A stretch of 64,000 bases of DNA from contig CM026547.1 of the NCBI GenBank assembly GCA_014905635.1, forward strand, positions 2,790,001-2,854,000, given 5' to 3'. Shown here piece after piece: positions 44,474 through 57,890 of this stretch. Origin of the DNA: Scenedesmus sp. PABB004. Taxonomy: Eukaryota. The position numbers and the translations under genes are program-made. Under the pieces are notes generated by a model. That model worked only from the letters and a program-made list of their open reading frames with translations, ran no database searches and was not told the DNA's origin. Numbering within the stretch: position 1 is the first letter of the stretch; every line of letters begins with the position of its first letter.

Positions 44474-45327
44474 CTAGGCGTCCTTGGGCCCGCCGCCGCC
44501 GCCGCCGCTGAGCGAGACGCCGAGCTCGACGCCGGCCGCGGCGGCGGCCTCGGGCATCGCGAGCGACTGGAGCAGCAGCTCCTCCTGCAGCTGCGCCAGC
44601 ACCTGCGCCCCCGCCTCGCGGTCCATCAGCATGCTCAGCTCGCGGACCAGCCCCGCCGGCGTTGCCGCCGCGCCGTCGCCGCCGGCGACGAGGCTGCCGC
44701 TGCCGCTGCGCGCGGGGCTGGCGCCCAGCGGCGCGGCGCGGGGCGCGCTGCCGACGCCGGTCCCCACCAGGCCCGAGCCGCGCCGCTGCGCGCTGCCGAC
44801 CGGCGAGGACATGGGGCCGTCGAGGCTGCCCGGCGCGCTGCCGGGCAGCGGCCAGCCGGCGCTGCCCGCCGCGCTGCCCGCCGCGCTGCCCGGCGCGCTG
44901 CCGGGCGTGCCGCAGCTCTCGATCGCCGCCGACGCGGCCGCGGTGGCCACGATGGCAATCGCGGTGCTCTCGCCCAGCGCCTGCGCGCCGCCCCGCGGCG
45001 GCGTCGACGCGCCGCTGCCGCCGCCGCCGCCGCCGCTGCCGCCCGCGGCGGTCGCGCCGCTGCTCGTCGCGCCGCCGCCGCCGCCGCCGCCGGGCGCCGG
45101 CTCCGCGCGGCCCTGCGGCAGGCCGAGCGCCTCGAGCGCGGCGCGGATCTTGTCCGCGATCGCGGCCGCGGTGGCGGGCATGAGCGAGAGCGAGTCGAGC
45201 ATCTCCAGCGTGACCTCGTCCACGCTGTCCGCGCCAGCGTCGTAGCTGAAGCCCACGCGCTTGCGCATGCCCTGCGCCGCAGCGCCGCGCGCGGGCGCGG
45301 CGTGGGCTCGGAGCAGTGCTGGGACGC

Positions 45328-45358
<31 letters not shown>

Positions 45359-48282
45359 CGTCCCGCCGCTGCCGCCGCCGGCGGCGCACCTTGGCGCAGA
45401 AGCCGACGTTGAAGGAGAGCTGCTGCTGGTCGATCCGGCGGTACGTGCAGTCCACCTGGCCCGCCTCGTCGTCGTCGTCCTCGCACTCGTCGCACGCGTC
45501 GCACGCGTCGCCCTCGTCGCCGTCGCGCTCGGCGCCCTCGCGGATTGGGTCCAGCGCGTGGCCGCCGTGCTTGTGGCCGTGCTGCGGCGACTGCGGCTGC
45601 GACTGGTGCGACTGCGACTGCTGCGACTGGTGCGACTGCTGCTGCTGCTGCTGGCGGGGCGCGGCGCCGTGGTGGATGGCCTGCCACACGTGCGTGAGGT
45701 CGTGCCTGCCATCCTCGTGCTCCTCAGAGTCGTCAGTGTGGACCTGCGGGGGCAGGCGCGCGCCCGCGGCGGGCGCAGGCGCGGCGGGCGGTCAGCGGCC
45801 GGCGCCTCCCAGGCGAGCGTGTGCGCGCCACGGCCCGGCCGCCGCGCACCTGGCTGTCGGCGTCAAAGAGCACGTCATCCTCGCTCATCTCCTCCAGGGA
45901 GGCGCGCCGCCCGCGCCCGCGCGAGCTGCAGGACTGCGGCGATGCCACGCCCGCGGCGGCCGCCGCGTGCGGGGCGGCGGCGGTGCCAGCGCCGCTGGCG
46001 GAGCTCGCGAAGCTGCTCTGGCTCAGGTCGGCGAAGGGGCTGTGAAGGGGCGTGCAGCTGGAGTTGCTCGAGGTGCGCGCCACCGGCAGCGCCTGCTGCT
46101 GCTGCTGCGGCTGCTGCTGCAGCTGCTGCGGCTGCTGCTGCTCTGGCGGCGGCGGCGGCTGCTGCTGCTGGTGCTGCTGCTGCTGCAGCTGCTGCTGCGG
46201 CTGCTGGTCCTGCTGCTGCTGCTGCTGCCGGTGCGCCTGGTCCTGCTGCTGCCTGCGCTCCTGCTGACCGAGCTGATGCCCCTGCGCCTTGGCCGACTCC
46301 GGCGCCTGCTGCGCCTGCTGCGGCGTCGGCTGCGGCGACTGCTGCGCTCCCTGGTCCTGCTGCGCCGCGACGTCCGCGCCGTGCGGCTCCCCCTCGTCCT
46401 CGTCCGCGTCCGCCAGCGCCGCCGCCATCAGCACCGGCCCGCAGCTGCGCCCCGCGTCGGGTCGCACGCGCTGCGCCGCCAGGTCGGCCGACGGGCTGCT
46501 GCACAGCGGCGCGGGCGGCTCCAGCACCGCCTCCTGCGCCTGCTCGGCCTGCTGCACCGCTTGCTCCAGCTCCAGCGGCGCGCCGGCCGCGTCGAGCGCC
46601 TCCGCCGCGGCGAGGGCGGCCATCGCCGCCAGCCCGTCCGGCGCCGACAGCGGGACGCGGCCGCTGGGCGCGTGCGCGAGGCCGCCCGCCGCGAGCGGCG
46701 CGTCGGCGCCGCGCCCCGCCGCCGCCGCGGCGGCGGCGGCCGCCGCCGCGCCTAGCGCCGGCGCGGGCCCGCGCGCCCAGCCCTTGGCCCGGATCTGGGC
46801 GCGGATCTCCTCGAAGAAGGGGTGCGCCAGCAGCTGCCGCGCGCTCGGCCGCGCCGCGGGGTCGGCGCTCGTGGTGAGGGCGATGAAGGCGGCCAGGTCG
46901 GGGTGCGCCACGCGCGCGAGGCTCGCCGGCGGCACGCCGCGGCTGACCTTGCGGTAGATCTGCGCCGCGTTGGTGCACTCTGCGCGGCGCGGCGCGGCGC
47001 GGCGCGAGCGGCGGCGCGCTCGGCGGGGGCGGCGCGCTCGCGGGCGCGGCGGCGCGCTCGCGGGCGGCGGCGGCGCGAGGTGGCGGCCGCGGCGGCGGCG
47101 GCGGCGGCGGCGACGGCGCACACCCGAGTAGGGGTACTCCAGCGTGGCCAGCTCGAGCAGGCACATGCCGAAGCTGTAGATGTCGACCTGCGGCCGGGGC
47201 GCGCCGCGGCGTCGGCAGGCTGCGGCACAGGCGCACGCGCCCAGCACGCTCAGCGCGCTCGGCGCGCGCGCCTTTTCGTCGTAGTGCTCGTCGTAGAGCT
47301 CCGGGGCCATGAACTCGGGCGTGCCGATGACCGAGAGCGGCGCGGCGATGCCGTGGAGCAGCGTGGCCATGCCGAGGTCGCCGATCTTGAGCTCCCCGCT
47401 CGCGCCGTTGACAAAGATGTTGTCGCACTTGAGGTCGCGGTGGATGATGGGCGGGAAGTGGCCGTGCAGGTACACGAGGCCCTGCAGCACCTCCCACGCG
47501 TACCGCTTCAGCACGGGCAGCGTGAGCCCGTGCTTGCGCCGGATGAACTGCCGCAGCGAGCGGTCGGTCATGAGCTCCGTGATGAACACCAGCACCTGCG
47601 CCTTCCTGTCAAACCACCTGCGCGTGGGGCGGGGCGCAGCCGGGCGCCGCCGCCGTCGGCCGCCGCCGCCACCGCCCCGCCGCCGCGGTCGGCCGCCGCC
47701 GGCGCCGCTGCCGCTGCTGGTGGCGCACCAGTCGTAGAGGCGCATCACGTTGCGGTGCTTCAGCGCGCGCAGCATCGAGATCTCCCCGAGCATGCGGCGG
47801 CGCTCCTTCTCGCTGCCCAGGCTGACGTCCGAGCAGACCACCTCGTTCCAGGCGACCTCGATGCCCTCGTCCTGCGCCGGCGCGGCGCGGCGCGGCGCTG
47901 CGGCTGGGCGCGCAGCGGCGGCGACGCTGCTGCCGGCGCCCCCGGTCGCCGCCAGGCGCGCGCCGGCGGCTCTCCGTGCGCGCACCTCATCGAAGGCCTT
48001 GTACACCACCTTGCTGGCGCCGCGGCCGATGCACTCGCCCTGCGCGCGACGCGGGCGCGGGCGAGCAGCGGCGGCGCGGGTGGGCCTGCCGCTGCGGTCG
48101 CGCCGGGGCGCAGGTACTCGCTGCGGCGCGCCGTAGCGCTCCAGCGCGACTCCCGGGCGGGCTCGGCCGAGGAGCGGGGCTGCGCAGGGGTCGGCGCGAG
48201 CTGCGGGGGGCGCGCGCATGCGACGCACCTTGACGTAGCGCTCGTTCCGCAGCTTGGGGGGGATGCTGCCCTCGTGGGGCAT
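44474..48282 (-). CDS. WNK: WNK (with-no-lysine) Ser/Thr kinase
   Basis: GRGASKVVYKAFD with Lys in subdomain I, EVAWN, IIHRDLKCDNIFVNG, KIGDLG, GTPEFMAPE. C-terminal KRVGFSYDAGADSVDEVTLEM resembles the PF2-like domain. Confidence 0.95.
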
Positions 48283-48538
48283 GGTGGCTGCCCTCGTGAG
48301 GTCCCCCGCCCCTCTGCGCCCGCCCGCGACGGCTCACGCCCCGCGAGGGCTGCCGCGACTGCTCCCGCGGGCGTGGGCGCGCATGCTGCCCGCGATCGCG
48401 CTCGCGCACACACACATCACGCCAGGGGTGCGGGCTGGAGCGCCGAGCGATGGGCGGGCGAGCGGCAGCCGGCGGCGGCGAGCGCAGGGCGCGGCGCAGG
48501 GGCGCGGCGCAGGGCGCTGCGCGTCACGCCGCGAGGGC

Positions 48539-51500
48539 TCACAGCTCCACGTCCAGCGACTCTAGCGCCCGGGCCCACGCGCCACCCCAGCGCGCGTCCT
48601 GGGCGGCCCACGCGGCCAGCACGTCCGCGAAACGCGCTGCGCCCGCGCCCAGCGCGGCGCTCGCCTCGGCCTCGGCGGCGCGCGCCGCGCGCACCGCCGC
48701 CCGCGCCGGCGGCGCGTCCCAGCCGCACACCAGCGCCTCGGCCTCGCCGCCCGCGCCGAGCCGCCACGCGACGTAGCGCAGCGGCCGGCCGCCGTCGGCG
48801 GCAGCGGCGGCAGCGCTTCCGCCCTTGCCCTTGGCGGCGGGCGGCCCTGGAGCGGCGGCTGCTGGCGGCGGGGCACCGTCCGGCTCCGCCTCGGCCTGCG
48901 CGAGCGCGAGCGCCTGCAGCGCCTCCAGGCTGAGCGGCGCCAGGCCCGCGAGCTCGCCGTCGCCGTCGGGCGCCGGCGCGAGGTCGGCGAGCGCGGGCAC
49001 GCCGCCCAGGAGCGCGAGCAGCGTGCGCGCGAGCTCCGCGCGCGCGCCCGACAGCTGCGCCGCGTGGGTTGCCGCGAGGCCGCGGCAGGCGGCCTCGCAG
49101 GCGGCGGTCAGCTCCGCCGCCGCGCGCTGGCGCGCCGCCTCGGCCGCCTTGAGGGCCTCCAGCTCGGCGCGCCTGCGGGCGCGGCGGCGCTCTGTGGGGA
49201 CGGGGGGCGGGCTGGCAGCACCCGGCGGGCCACGCACGCTCGCGTCGGCGCACCGGTGCAGCTGCAGCATGCTGGGGTGCAGCGCGGCCTTGTTTGCCGC
49301 GAGCTCCGCGTCCAGCCGCCGCCGGCGCGCGGCAAAGTGGGCGAGCAGCGCGTCGCGCTGCGCCGCCGCCGCAGCGAGCAGGTGCCGGCTGTGCAGCCGC
49401 GTCGCCGCGGCCGGCACCGCCTCGAGCAGCCGGGCGCCGCGCACGGTCTGCGCCGCCGGGCGCGGGCGGGGGCCGGGGTCGGCGTTGCCGCGCCGCCGCT
49501 GGCCTGCGCACGCGGCGCGCGCGGGGGCGGGCGGCCCACCTGCACGCGCAGCTGCCTCGCGGCCGCAGCGACGTGGTCGCGCAGGCTCGCGCTGAGCCCG
49601 CCCAGCACCTCCTCCGCGCCGGCCATGAGCTCCCGCAGGCTGCCAGGCACGCGCGCGGGGAAGCGGGCGGGCCGCCCTGGCTCCTGCGCGCGGCGCCGGG
49701 TCGAGGGCTCAGCGGCGGCGGCGGGCGGGCGCGGCGCGCGCGCGGCAGGCAGGGCGCAAGACGCCACCTGCCCTCCGCACACGCGCCTTGGTGGCGAAGT
49801 AGGCCTTGGCGGCCCCGTCCACGTCCCGCCTGGCGGCATCAATCAACGCCTGCATCTCCCTGGCCAGCGGCGCGCACGGCGGCTCGGCCGCCGCGGCCGC
49901 GGGCGCCGCCGGCGCCTGGCGGTCCGGCGAGCCCGACCGCGGCGGCGGCGCCACCGCTGTGCCGGACCGGCCGCCGGGGGCCCTGAGGGTGCTGGATGGC
50001 TGTCCGGGTGGCGCCTTGGTGGCGCTGGCGGTGTCGCCCGCCGCGGTGGGTGCCGCCGCGTCCGGCAGCACAAGCGGCTGCAGCTCGCCGGGGACCACGA
50101 GGCTGGGGGCCGCCTGGGTCAGGCCGGACGACTGCAGCAGCTCGAGCGCCTGCGCCTGCCGCAGCAGCTGGCGGCGCAGCGTGTCGACGCGCGCCAGCAA
50201 CGAGCGGCACTCCCACAGCTCGACCTCCGGCTCGCCGCCCGCCGGCGGCGCGGGCGGCGCTGCGAGCGCGTCCTCCAGCTGCTGCAGCGTGGCGTCGATC
50301 GCGGCGGCCGCCTCGACACTCCTGCCCAGCTCCACCGCCACGCGCCGCTTGGCGCCCGCCACAAACCTGCGGCGGCGGCGGGCTGCGCTCGCTGGCGCGG
50401 CCCTCGCGCGGACCAGACAGACGTCTAGTCTGGTCACAGCAGCGTCAACGCTGCTGCGCCTTGTCCCCCTGCGCCAGCCAGGCCCCCCGCCCCGCGCCTG
50501 TCCTGCGCCTCAATCAGAGCCATGTCCTGCCGGAACGACGGCAGCAGCACCTCCACCGCCGCGACCGCGCCGGCGAGCTCCGCCGCCAGCTGCTCGCCAG
50601 CCGCCTCGGCGGCCGCCAGCTGCGCCGCCTGCTGCGCCGCCGCGGCCTCGTCCACGGCGGCGATGGTGGCCCGATGCACAATGATGCTGGCGGCAGCAAA
50701 GCGCCCGCCCTCTGCGGCGGCGGCGGCGGTGCCGGTCATGCGCGAGCCCAAGAGCGCACGTGCACGCCGCGCGCCGGCGGCGGGCGGCGGTGCCGTGCTC
50801 ACCCTCGAAGCTGCGCAGGGCCTCCGCCTCGAAGCGCCGGTTGGCGGCGGCCGCAGCGCTCGCGCCCTCCGCGGCCGCGGACCGCAGCGCGGCCACGCGC
50901 TCGGCAAGCGTTCGGTCGAGCTTGGCCGCCGCCGCGCGCGCCTCGCGAGCGCAGGCGTCGATGCCTCGCAGGCTGAGCGCCGCGCCCAGCAGGCGCTCGT
51001 ACCCCAGCACGCGCGCCCGCCAGGCGGCGCCGTCGGCGCGCAGCTGCGCCAGCTGCACATTGAACGCGGCCGCCGCCGTCGCCGCCGCGCGCCGCTGTGC
51101 GCGGACGTGTCCCTCCACCTGCCGCCGCTGCGCCAGCAGCTCGGCGCGGCGAGCGGCGCGCACCTGGCGGGCGGCGGCAGAGCGGCGGCTGCAGCGTCGC
51201 GCTCTCGCGTGGCCGGGCCGTGCGCTGGCCTGCCAGGCGCGCTGTAGCTGCCCCCTGCCCCCTGGCAGCACGGCCCCCGCACCTCCTCCTCAATGCGACC
51301 CGCGCGCGGCTGGTGCGCGCTCAGCCGCGCGTCCAGCTCCTCGCCCAGCGCCGCCTCGGTCCGCTCCGCCAGCTCGATAGCAGCGCTGATCGCGCGCCCG
51401 CAGCTCAACTCCATGTCTTGCAGCGCCGCGGCCTGTGCGCGCGGGGGCGGAGCTCGCGGCGCGGCGCCGGCGAGGCTGCGGCAGCCCCGGCCGCGCGCGC

Positions 51501-53848
51501 ACCTGGATGCGCAGCAGCGCCCCCTGCACCGCGTCGGCTGGCACCGCGAGCACCTCGCACAGCGGCGTGCCGGCCAGCGAGGCGGGGCAGGGCGGGCCTG
51601 CCGCCGCGGCCGCCACCGCGGCCGCCGCCTCCGCGGCCGCGGCGGCGGCCGCCGCCGCAGCTGCCTCTGCGGCCGCGGCGGCCTCGGCCTGCTGCCGGGC
51701 GGTCAGCTTGCCCTTGGCGGCCGGCCGCGGGGACGGCGTGCCCGCCGCGCTCGGCCTGGGCGCGGCCGCCGCGGGCTCCTGGGCAGTGGCGGAGGCAGCC
51801 TCGGGCTGCGCCGCCGGCGGCTGCCAGGGCTTGGGCGTGGCCTCCCAGAGCGCCGACCACAGCGGGTGCAGCTGCACGTACGCCCCGCCGCCCGGCAACT
51901 CCAGCGCCTGCTGCTCACCCGCGCCGCCGCCGGCCGGGGGCCCGCCCGGTGCCGGCGCCGGCACCGGCGCCACGTGCAGCAGGCCACACAGGCAGCGCTC
52001 GTGCAGCTCGCACGCGGCGCGCACCGCGCCGGGGTGCTGCTGCGCGATGGCGGCCGCGCTGGCGGCGTAGCTGCGGTACGACTCTGCCACGCCCCCGAGC
52101 GCCTCCAGCGCGGCGGCGACGCGCGACTCGAGCTCCGGCTCGCTGCCGGCCTCGCTCACGCCGCGCATGGCGGCCTTCAGCGCGGCCTCGCGTCCCGCGT
52201 CGGCCTCGTCAAACGCGGCGTGCGCGGCCCGCAGCGCCGCCTGCACGCCCGCCTCGTCCCCCGCCAGCTGCGCACGGTGCTGGCCGTGCAGCGCCGCGAG
52301 GGACGCGAGCCAGTCGCCCAGCGCGCGCGCCGCGAGCGCCCACTCGTCGGCCTGGCGGCGCGTGAACGCGCCCGCCGCCGCGAGCAGCGCCTCCGCCGCG
52401 GCGCGCCGCGCAGCGACCGCGGGCGCGACGTCCTGCTGCAGCAGCTCGTCCGTCTGCTCGGGCGTCAGGCCCCGATAGCCGACCACCTCGGACCGCAGCG
52501 CAGCGACGCCGCTCTGCACCTGGCGGCGCGCGCGGCGGCGGCGGTGCAGCCAGCGTGGGCCAGCGGGGCCGCCAGGGGGCGCGGATGCTGCGGTCGGCCG
52601 CGGGCGCCACACACCTGCGCTTCCAGCTGCTCCTCCTGCGCCGCGAGCGCCGCGAGGTGCGCCTGCAGCTGCGCCTGCCAGCCGTCGCGCCACTGCTGCG
52701 CCTCGGCCGACCACGCCGCGACGGCGTCTGCGCTCAGCCGCGGCGGCAACAGCTCCGCCGCGCCCCGGCAGAGCCGCGTCAGCGCGGCGTGCGCGGCGGC
52801 CTGGCCGGCGCGGAGCTCCGCAAACAGGGCCAGCCGCGCGCCCGGCTCTGCCAGCTCGGTCACGCGGCGCTCAAACGCCGCAATCTCTGAGCGGGAGCGC
52901 AGCTCGCGCCAGCTCGCGACGCCGCGCTCCCAGCGCTGCCGCCTATCGTGCTCAAGCAGCGCCGCCTGCTCGTGAAGGCGGCGCAGCAGCTCCGCGGCGT
53001 CGCGGCGATTGTCGAGCAGCTGAGCGTTGAGCGCGTCCGCCTCCTGCGTCACCAGGCGCGCGAGCCGGCCCTCGTCCAGGTGCGCGATGTCCGCCAGCTC
53101 CGCCAGCGCGCGCCGCAGCGCCGCCTCGACGGCGTCGCGCCGCGCCGCCTCGGCGCGCGCGAGCGCGGCCGCGAGGCCGTCGACCAGGCCCGCCGTTGAG
53201 GCGCAGCGCCGCTGCACGGAGGACCACACCTCGCCGATCTGCGCCTCGTCCAGCAGCATCACCCGGTCGGGCGCGAGCGGCGCGAGGTCGCCCTCCACGC
53301 CCGCGGCCACGCCCTCGAGCTGCGCGCGCAGCTCGCGCGCGGCGTCGGCCGCCGCGGCGTCGTGCCGCGCCGCCGCCGCGTCGCGCGCTTCCACGAAGGC
53401 CTGCCACGCCGCGTCATGCCGCGCCGCCTTGCGCGCCAGCATGCCAGCGACGCCCGCCATGCCGGGCTGCGGCGGGCGGTGACGCGCGGCAGCTCGGGGG
53501 CGGCCAGCCAGGGGCGGCCAGCGGCGGCCAGGGCCCCTGGGCGGCGAGCGCCGGGCGGGCGCGGCAGCCGCGCCGCGCGGCGCGTCCAGCTGCTGCTGCC
53601 GGTGCTGTCCCACCCACCTGCTCGCCGGTGGCCGGCGCGTCGGCCGGCAGGCGGCGCACGGCCGCTGCGGGCGCCGCGAGCAGCAGCGCCTCCGCCGGCT
53701 GGGCGTGCCGCGGCGCGGGCACGCCGTCGCGCACAGCCGCCATTTTTCCGGCCATCGTGCCAGCCTCGCGCTCCGCCCGCGCCTCCCGCGAGCTGTGCAG
53801 CAAGCCGTGCAGGCTCTGGCCGGGCGAGCACGGCGCCGGCGGCGCCAT
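48539..53848 (-). CDS. CCDC180: CCDC180/FAP76-like coiled-coil flagellar protein (DUF4455/DUF4456-like), multi-exon
   Basis: Long Ala-rich helical exons including LADIAHLDEGRLARLVTQEADALNAQLLDNRRDAAELLRRL and, near the C-terminus, NKAALHPSM. The family call rests on recalled similarity, and exon boundaries are partly inferred. Confidence 0.65.
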
Positions 53849-54190
53849 GCCGGCGCGCGGCCTCCCTGCCGCGCCCGCGCGCCCTCCCTGCCGCGCCCGC
53901 AGATCCGCTACGCTAAGGAGTGCCGGGAAGTGGGGGAGCTCGGGCGCGTGAGCGCTGCAGGTCGCGGCCACGCGTCTGCGCGGCACTGCTCGGGCGCGGC
54001 TCCGCCGCGCGTCTGCGGCTCGCTCGCAGCGGGGGCTCGTTACCGCCGGGTCCAGGCCGCCCGTCCCCCGGGCGCACGCCACGAGAAGCTGGCCGGTCGG
54101 CGCCGAGCGCCCGCGCGCCGCCCGCGCGACGCTCCGCCGCCACCCGGCCCGCGCGTGCCGCGCCGCTCGGCCGCTCGGCCGGTCGGCCGC

Positions 54191-55031
54191 TCATCTGCTG
54201 CGCCCCGTCTCTGCGTCGGCCATCGACGTGGGCAGGCTGGGCGCGAGCTTGCTGAAGAAGGTCTTGAGCCCGGGGACGTCGAGCACGCGCGACAGCACCG
54301 GTATTCGCCGTGAGTACGTGAGCACGACGGGCAGGAACTCGCAGAAGAGCAGCCAGAAGCCGTACCCCTCGAGCGCGAGCCCTATCACCGTCCAGCCCAC
54401 GATCACCAGGCCCGCGCCGGCGAGGTAGAACGCGGAGCCCTGCGCGCCGCCGCGCCGCGGGCGGGCGCGGGCGCGCGCGTCGGGCCGGCCAGCGGCGACG
54501 AGCGGCGGCGGCGACGAGCGGCGGCGGGGCCGCACGCCGTGCGCTGCACAGTCCGCCGCGGCGCGGCGCCGCGCCTTTCGGTTCTTGCGCCTGCTGAAAA
54601 ACTGCACCGTGGCCTGCACGCCGATGGTGATGGTCATGCCCGCCAGGAAGAGCAGCTGCGGCGGTCGCGCGAGCGGCCGCGCGTGCGTGTGCGCGCAGCG
54701 CAGCAGCTGCGGGCCACACGCCGCCGTGCGCAGCAGCCGCGCGCGAGCCGCCCGCGCAGCGGCGCCGCTGCCGCGCGCTGCTGCCGCCCGCCGCCGCGCG
54801 CGCACGTTGCCCATCGCCAGCAGGCCGCGGTCAAAGAAGAGCAGCACGCCCAGGAAGGTGAACAGGAAGCCAAACGCCGTCAGGCCCAGCCCGATCTCTG
54901 CGCCGCGGCAGCGGCGGTTGGCGCCAACCGCGCGCGGCGGCGGCGGCGGCCGCGGGACCCCCAGGCCCACGCTGTCCGGCGGCCGACTCACTGCGCTGGT
55001 CGTTCAACCATCCCCCGCCCGCGGCGAACAT
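54191..55031 (-). CDS. GOT1: Vesicle transport protein GOT1
   Basis: WLNDQR|KIGLGLTAFGFLFTFLGVLLFFDRGLLAMGN|LLFLAG..LEGYGFWLLF..RRIPV. Confidence 0.93.
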
Positions 55032-55554
55032 CGCGCCGCGCGCCGCGTCGGCGGCAGCAGACGCCGCTGCGGCGCCGCCGCCGCCGCCTGCTGCGTGCCG
55101 CCTGCCGCTCGGCGCCCGCCGCTGCGAGCCGCTGGCACGGACGGCGTGCGTGCGCGAGGGCGCTGCGGACCGGGAGCGCACACGACCAGCTCGTGTTGTT
55201 GTCCGCAGCGGCTGCGGACGGCTGCGGCGCAGCCGCTGGAGAGCGCCGCGTGCTGGTGATGGTCTGGGGCGAGAGAGACGGCCGCTATACCGCTGATGGG
55301 CGCGCAGCGAAGGGCAGCAGGTCGTCCTGGCTGAGCCCCGGCCGTAGCGCCGCCGCTCTCGGCGCGACAGCGACAGCGCCCAGCCCACGAGCCAAGCCAC
55401 GCGGAGCAGCGCGGGAGTTCCCGTCGTGCACAAGCTACCTGACAAGCGCGCAGCCAGGGCCCCCGCCGACCAGCGGCGCCGCTGACCAGCGCGCGCGCCG
55501 CTCGAGCGCGCCGGCCGCCCCCGCCCAGCCCCAGCTCCACAGTTCCCGGGTCCC

Positions 55555-56500
55555 ATGGCCAGCCGCGCGAGCCCCCCCGAGCACGCGAGCAGCGCCGCCG
55601 CGCCGCGCCAGGCGGCCGCCAGCGCGGGCGCGCTGCGCCCCTGGTGAGCGCGCGGCGGGCGAGCTGGCCAGCCCGCGCCCGCCGCCGGCAAGTGCAAGCT
55701 CACTCGCGCCCGCCCGCCGCCCGCCGCAGCCCGCTCGGCTCGGCCGTCGGCCTGACCCGGCAGGCGGGGGAGCTCGTCGCGCTCGCCTTCTCTCACCCCA
55801 AGACGGGCTACAAGAACAGCCGCGCCCACGGCGCCAAGCCCGTGTTCAGCAGCGAAGTGTGCGTGCGCGCGGGCAGGGCGCGCGCGCCGCGCGCCGCCGC
55901 CTCACGCGCCCGCCCCGCGCGCGCGCCCGTCCCGCGTCGTGCTGGCAGCACGACGCGCTTCTTTGACAAGGCCGTGCGCGCGGCGGCGGAGAGCACGTGC
56001 GCGCACAAGGTGCTCATGCCCTACGCGCCCAACGCGCCCCGCAACCGGCCCAAGGAGACGGTGCGCTGGCCGCGCCGGCGCGCTGCCAGGGCGCGCGCGG
56101 CGCGGCCGCGGGCCGCCGCCGACGGCCGCGCGCGCCGCGCGCCGCCGCGCGCGCCGCGCGCAGCTGAGCAACCAGGTCGGCCGGCGCTACGGCGTGCATC
56201 CGGCGACCAGCACGGAGCGCTGGAAGGGCGAGAGCCACCTGGCGCTCGGCGGCGACGACCCGACGGCGAGCCGCTCGGCCGCCTGGAAGACGACCAACCA
56301 GGCGCGTGGCCTGCCGGGCGCCCGCGGCGGAGCGCTGGGCCCCCGCAGCGCGGCCGCTCACACCGCGGCCGCCGCCGCCGGCCGCCGCCGCGCAGGTCTT
56401 CCACGGCTCGGCGCAGGTCAAGACGTCGGTCGGGCTGTCCAACGCGGGCATCAGCGCCGACATCGCCGCGCGCGCGCACAAGGCGCAGGGCACCAAGTGA
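55555..56500 (+). CDS. Small uncharacterised multi-exon protein (5' structure uncertain)
   Basis: Four GC3-biased exon-like blocks (TGYKNSRAHGAKPVF; TRFFDKAV..PYAPNAPRNR; LSNQVGRRYG..WKTTNQ; VFHGSAQV..QGTK*) separated by GT/GC-AG introns. Confidence 0.55.
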
Positions 56501-56636
56501 GGCAGCAACAACCGAGGCTGCCGGCCTGGCCGGCGCCGCCGCCGTGCGCGTGGCGCGGTGGCCGTGGCCCGGCGTGGCCAGGGCCTGGCGGCGCGGCGCG
56601 GCGTGTGCATTGCCTGGACGGGCGCGCTCGCACGCC

Positions 56637-57742
56637 TCAGCTCGCCGCGAGCGCCGCGAGCAGGCGCTGCACCTCGGCCGGGTCGGTCTCGTTCCACTCC
56701 CAGTCGCTGGGCGGGGAGGGAGAGCACAGCCGCACGTGGGCGCAGCGGTGCTGCATCGCGCTTTGGCGCCGCCTGCGCGCGCGCGCGTGGCGTGTGTGAC
56801 GCGCCCGCCGCCAGCGCCGCTGCCGCCGCCGCCGTCGCCGCCCGCGCGCGCGCACCGCTTGCACGTCCCGTGCAGCTCCCGCACGCCCGTGGCCAGCAGC
56901 GCGGCGGCGTTGGCCGCGCTGACGCCGCCGCCGGCGAGGACGGCGATGCGCCCTGCCGCCTGCCGCACGAGACCCGCGATCGCCGCCGCGCCCTGCGCGG
57001 CGGTGTGCTGCCCGCCTGACGTGAGCACGCGCGGCACGCCGAGCCGGACCAGCGTCTCCAGCGCCTCGCCCAGGTCGCGCGTGGCATCAAACGCGCGGTG
57101 GAACGTGACGTCCAGCCCCTGCGGCGCCCGGCCGCCCGGCGCGGCGTGGGCGGTCGGGCGCGCGCGTGCCGGTCGGCCCCCGCCTGGCACGCGTGGCGCG
57201 CTGCGCGGCTGCGCTGCAGCTCACGTGCGCGCGCGCCGCCGCGAGCAGCCGGCCCGTCGCGGCCTCGTCCACGCGGCCGTCGGGCGCGAGGCAGCCCAGC
57301 GCGACGCCGTGCGCGCCGAGCGCCGCGGCCGCCTCGACGTCGGTCAGCATCACGCGCAGCTCCTCCTCGTCGTACAAGAAATCGCCCCCGCGCGGGCGCA
57401 CCAGGACCATCAGCCGCGTCGGGCTGCCGGCGAGCGCGGCGGCCGCGCGCTTGATCAGGCCTGCGTGGTCCCGGTGGCGGACGGTGCTGTGGGGCGGGGG
57501 CTGCCGCCGGCACTGCCGGCGCTGCCGCGCCGCTGCGCGCTGCCGCCGCCGCTGCCGGCGCTGCTGCCGCCGCTGCGGGCTGCCGGCCGCCCCTTTCAGC
57601 CCGTTGCCCTCGTAGTACCTGCGCTGGGCGTCACGCCGCCCTCAAGGAGGTCGCTGCAGACCTCCACGCGGCCCGCGCCCGCGGCCGCCGCTGCTGCGGC
57701 GCCGGCCGCGCTGTCGACGCACACCTCCAGCAGCGCAGCCAT
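56637..57742 (-). CDS. CUTC: Copper homeostasis protein CutC
   Basis: [63 protein letters not shown]. Confidence 0.95.
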
Positions 57743-57890
57743 GTGAGGAGGCAGCGAACGAGCTTGCTTTGCGGGCGGGCACGGCGCGCAGTGTTTCATG
57801 AAAACCGCGCACGCGGGGGGTTCAGAAAAACGCCGCCGCCGCGCCCGCGACTCCGCGCGCGCGCCCTGCGCGCACGCCGCGCTCGCGCGG

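Noticed and set aside
46052..46267. Cys-rich metallothionein-like ORFs (also 6576-7016 and about 11320-11548)
   Set aside because: They are antisense translations of polyQ (CAG) tracts in WNK, PolX and TZF.
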